A stretch of 35,732 nucleotides of DNA from a virus (lineage: Duplodnaviria; Caudoviricetes), in the IMG/VR virus record IMGVR_UViG_3300011339_000683, positions 1 to 35,732 of that record; one strand, given 5' to 3'. Made by a program: the position numbers and the translations under genes. Shown one piece after another: positions 33,100 to 35,732 of this stretch; position 1 is the first letter of the stretch; each line of letters begins with the position of its first letter. The notes beneath the pieces were generated by a model. It saw only the letters and a program-made list of their open reading frames with translations, did no database searches and was not told the origin of the DNA.

Positions 33100-34478
33100 T
33101 GCTGCACCCTGAATATGCCGCATTTCTTGCCGGCAAGGCACCCCGCCCCCAAGCTGTTGGTATTGAGCCGGGGCCGATGCCGTCGCATCTATTTGACTAT
33201 CAGGCCGAGTGCGTCCGATTTGCGCTGCGCCAAGGCCGCGCCGCCATGTTCCTTGATACCGGACTGGGTAAGACGCGCATTCAGCTGGAATGGTGCCGCC
33301 AAGCCGCCGAGGCCAGCAACGGGCGTGCGCTGTTGCTGACGCCTCTGGCCGTGGCCCGCCAGATCGAGCGCGAGGGCCTTTCGCTGGGCTACGACGTGCG
33401 CGTGATCCGGCACCAGGACGAGGCCCGAGACGGCATTAACGTGTGCAACTATGACCGCCTCGCCGCGCTGGATACCGTGCAATTCGGCGCCGTCAGCCTT
33501 GATGAAAGCTCGATCCTGAAGAACTTTACGGGCGCCACGACGCGCGCGTTGATCGCTTCCTTCGAAGGCCACAGGTTCAAGTTGGCCAGCACCGCCACGC
33601 CGGCCCCGAACGATCATATGGAGCTGGGCACGCACGCGGAGTTTCTTGGCCTGATGCGAAGCGTGGAGATGCTGTCGCGCTGGTTTATCAACGACACCGC
33701 CACCGCGAGCCAACAGTGGCGCATAAAAGGCCACGCGCAAGATGCGTTCTGGGATTGGGTGGCGTCGTGGGCGCGGTGCGCAGAGACGCCGGCAGACCTT
33801 GGATACGATGCATCTCGCTTTGTGCTGCCGCCGCTGAATATCCTTCGGCATAAAGCCGCAGGCGACACACGCGCGGCGGCGGGAATGTTGTTCGCGTCGG
33901 ACCTGTCCGCAACGAACATGCACGCCATCAAGCGCGAGACGGCGCAGGCGCGTGCCGAGGCTGTGGGCGCGTTGGTGGCCGCGGAGTTTGGTGAGCCGTG
34001 GGTGATCTGGTGCGACAATGACGCCGAGGCGGATGCGCTTATGGCGACTGTGCCCGGCGCCGTGGAAGTCCGAGGTTCACATACGCCAGAGCGCAAAGAG
34101 GCGGCGCTGACGGCGTTTGCCGTGGGCGAGGCGCGATACATCATCACGAAGCCATCCGTCGCTGGCATGGGCCTGAACTGGCAGCACGCCGCCCGCGTGG
34201 CCTTCGTGGGCCGCAGCTTCTCTTATGAGGCTTGGTATCAGGCCGTGCGGCGGTGCTGGCGGTTCGGCCAGACGCGGGCCGTTGACGTGCATCTGATCGT
34301 TGCCGAGGGCGAGGATCAGATTGGCCGCGTGATCGATCGGAAGGCCGGCGACCACGCCACAATGAAACGCGCGATGGCTGCGGCCATGGTCCGCAATCGG
34401 AATACCGGGGCGCAGACGCGCATTCCCTATCAACCCACTCATACCGGGAGACTGCCGCAATGGATGTCCGCTGCTTGA
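33099..34478 (+). CDS. SNF2-like superfamily 2 helicase/ATPase
   Basis: LFDYQ Q-motif, DTGLGKT, LDESS, TATP, GMGLNWQ, QAVRRCWRFGQ. Confidence 0.88.
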   Translation: MLHPEYAAFLAGKAPRPQAVGIEPGPMPSHLFDYQAECVRFALRQGRAAMFLDTGLGKTRIQLEWCRQAAEASNGRALLLTPLAVARQIEREGLSLGYDVRVIRHQDEARDGINVCNYDRLAALDTVQFGAVSLDESSILKNFTGATTRALIASFEGHRFKLASTATPAPNDHMELGTHAEFLGLMRSVEMLSRWFINDTATASQQWRIKGHAQDAFWDWVASWARCAETPADLGYDASRFVLPPLNILRHKAAGDTRAAAGMLFASDLSATNMHAIKRETAQARAEAVGALVAAEFGEPWVIWCDNDAEADALMATVPGAVEVRGSHTPERKEAALTAFAVGEARYIITKPSVAGMGLNWQHAARVAFVGRSFSYEAWYQAVRRCWRFGQTRAVDVHLIVAEGEDQIGRVIDRKAGDHATMKRAMAAAMVRNRNTGAQTRIPYQPTHTGRLPQWMSAA

Positions 34479-35389
34479 ACTCCGCCCACGGACAACGATG
34501 GACCGCTATCAACGGCGATAGCTGCGACGTGCTGGCGCAGTTGCCTGATGCCTCCATCGGGTTCTCCGTCTATTCGCCTCCGTTTGGAGACCTGTTCGTC
34601 TATTCCGAAAGCGAGTGCGACCTCGGCAATTCGGTGAACGACGCCGAGTTTTTCGCGCACTACGAGTTCATTATCCGGCAAAAATTGAGGATCACGAAGC
34701 CAGGCCGCATGTCCGCAGTGCATTGTTCGGACTTGCCCACGCGCAAGTGGAAAGATGGCATCATCGGGACGAAGCCGTTCTCCGATGACATTGTGGCCGC
34801 GCATCTCCGCGCTGGATGGACGTTCGTTCGGCGCGTGACCATCTGGCGCGACCCCGTGGTGGAGATGACGCGCACGAAGGCGCTTCATCTGCTGCACAAG
34901 CAAATCCTGAAAGACAGCACATGCTCTTGGCCGGGGACGCCTGACTATCTGCTGATCTTCCGCGCGCCAGGCGAAAACGCCGAGCCGGTAGGGCACAAGC
35001 CGGCCGACTTTCCGGTTGACCTCTGGCAGAAATGGGCCAGCCCCGTTTGGTTCGATATCAGCCAAACGGCAGTGCTGAACAACAAAGCCGAGGCGTCTAA
35101 GTGGATCGGGGACGCTCTGAGCCTCGATATGGCGCGGGAGGAGGCTGATGAGCGGCATTTGTGCCCGCTCCAACTGCCGCTGATCGACCGCGCTGTGACG
35201 ATGTGGAGCAACCCCGGCGATGTGGTGCTTTCTCCGTTCCTTGGCATCGGCTCCGAGGGCGTGGTTTCCGTGAAGCGGGGGCGGCGGTTCTTCGGATGTG
35301 AACTGAAGCCGTCCTATTGGCGCCAGGCCGTGCGGGCGCTTGAAGGTTCCGAACGCGGCGCGGTGGATCTGTTCGCGGAGGTGGCATGA
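34460..35389 (+). CDS. DNA amino-methyltransferase (N4-C/N6-A, beta-type motif order)
   Basis: GDS..VL, catalytic SPPF, HLCPLQL, SAM-binding VLSPFLGIGSEG, GCELKPSY. Confidence 0.9.
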   Translation: MDVRCLNSAHGQRWTAINGDSCDVLAQLPDASIGFSVYSPPFGDLFVYSESECDLGNSVNDAEFFAHYEFIIRQKLRITKPGRMSAVHCSDLPTRKWKDGIIGTKPFSDDIVAAHLRAGWTFVRRVTIWRDPVVEMTRTKALHLLHKQILKDSTCSWPGTPDYLLIFRAPGENAEPVGHKPADFPVDLWQKWASPVWFDISQTAVLNNKAEASKWIGDALSLDMAREEADERHLCPLQLPLIDRAVTMWSNPGDVVLSPFLGIGSEGVVSVKRGRRFFGCELKPSYWRQAVRALEGSERGAVDLFAEVA

Positions 35390-35732
35390 GCGAACACCGC
35401 CTGCAAATGGCGTGCGCCACTTTTCTTGCCGCCACCCTCCCCCGTGATTCCTACTGGACAAGCGTTGATGCTGGACAAGGCCGCATGGATGTGCGCGCCG
35501 GGCAGATGCGGAAGGCCAGGGGTGTTAAGGCTGGTGTTCCTGATGTGTTAGTGTGCTACCGTGGCATGCTCTACTGCATCGAATTGAAGGCAAGTAAAGG
35601 GCGGTTGTCTGAAACACAACACATGACAATCGGCCAAATCAGAGAGGCAGGCGGGCAAGTGTCCGTCTGCCATTCGATAGAAGAAGTGGAGACGGCCCTA
35701 CGCGCATGGGATATCCCCCTACGCGGCACGAC
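35386..35732 (+). CDS. VRR-NUC / PD-(D/E)xK nuclease (truncated by window edge; not in ORF track)
   Basis: MSEHRLQ...GVKAGVPDVLVCYRGMLYCIELKASKGRLSETQ; GGAGG RBS; open to the end. Confidence 0.85.
   Translation, partial: MSEHRLQMACATFLAATLPRDSYWTSVDAGQGRMDVRAGQMRKARGVKAGVPDVLVCYRGMLYCIELKASKGRLSETQHMTIGQIREAGGQVSVCHSIEEVETALRAWDIPLRGT

Noticed and set aside
1-35732. Complete circular or terminally redundant genome
   Set aside because: The ends do not overlap, both cut through ORFs, and no primase, replication initiator or polymerase is present.
33099-35732. Host-type restriction-modification or DISARM defence island
   Set aside because: The genes sit in the phage early operon; no specificity subunit or Drm partners; VRR-NUC is a common stand-alone phage nuclease.

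Overview
The window is most of a GC-rich tailed-phage genome with a podovirus (P22/BPP-1-like) layout; the host is probably an alphaproteobacterium (inference). 1-23655 (+) is the late region. It carries a wHTH gene, small and large terminase, an accessory structural block (beta-helix depolymerase, Gly-rich protein), the portal, and a second accessory block with a LamG protein. Scaffold, major capsid, cement, adaptor, nozzle, GNAT, three ejection proteins, a short tail fibre and a holin-like gene follow. 23652-30920 (-) is a tightly coupled leftward early operon of about 24 mostly small genes, including a Sak4-like AAA ATPase, a DUF669 SSB, Lar and DUF551. 31072-end (+) is the rightward early operon: Cro-like, Myb-repeat protein, MazG-like protein, SNF2-like helicase, DNA methyltransferase and VRR-NUC. 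Replication genes are not in the window. Most notable: (1) a lambdoid-type divergent switch with three 17-bp palindromic operators but no repressor gene, plus a 14-codon excisionase-like stub and no integrase, suggesting an ex-temperate phage; (2) early genes bracketed by pairs of 13-19 bp direct repeats centred on start codons, suggesting cassette shuffling; (3) an exact 16-bp motif at fixed spacing from a -10-like box ahead of two late gene blocks; (4) a depolymerase with a C-terminal domain shared with a small virion protein. All family calls are by-eye motif recognition, not database results.
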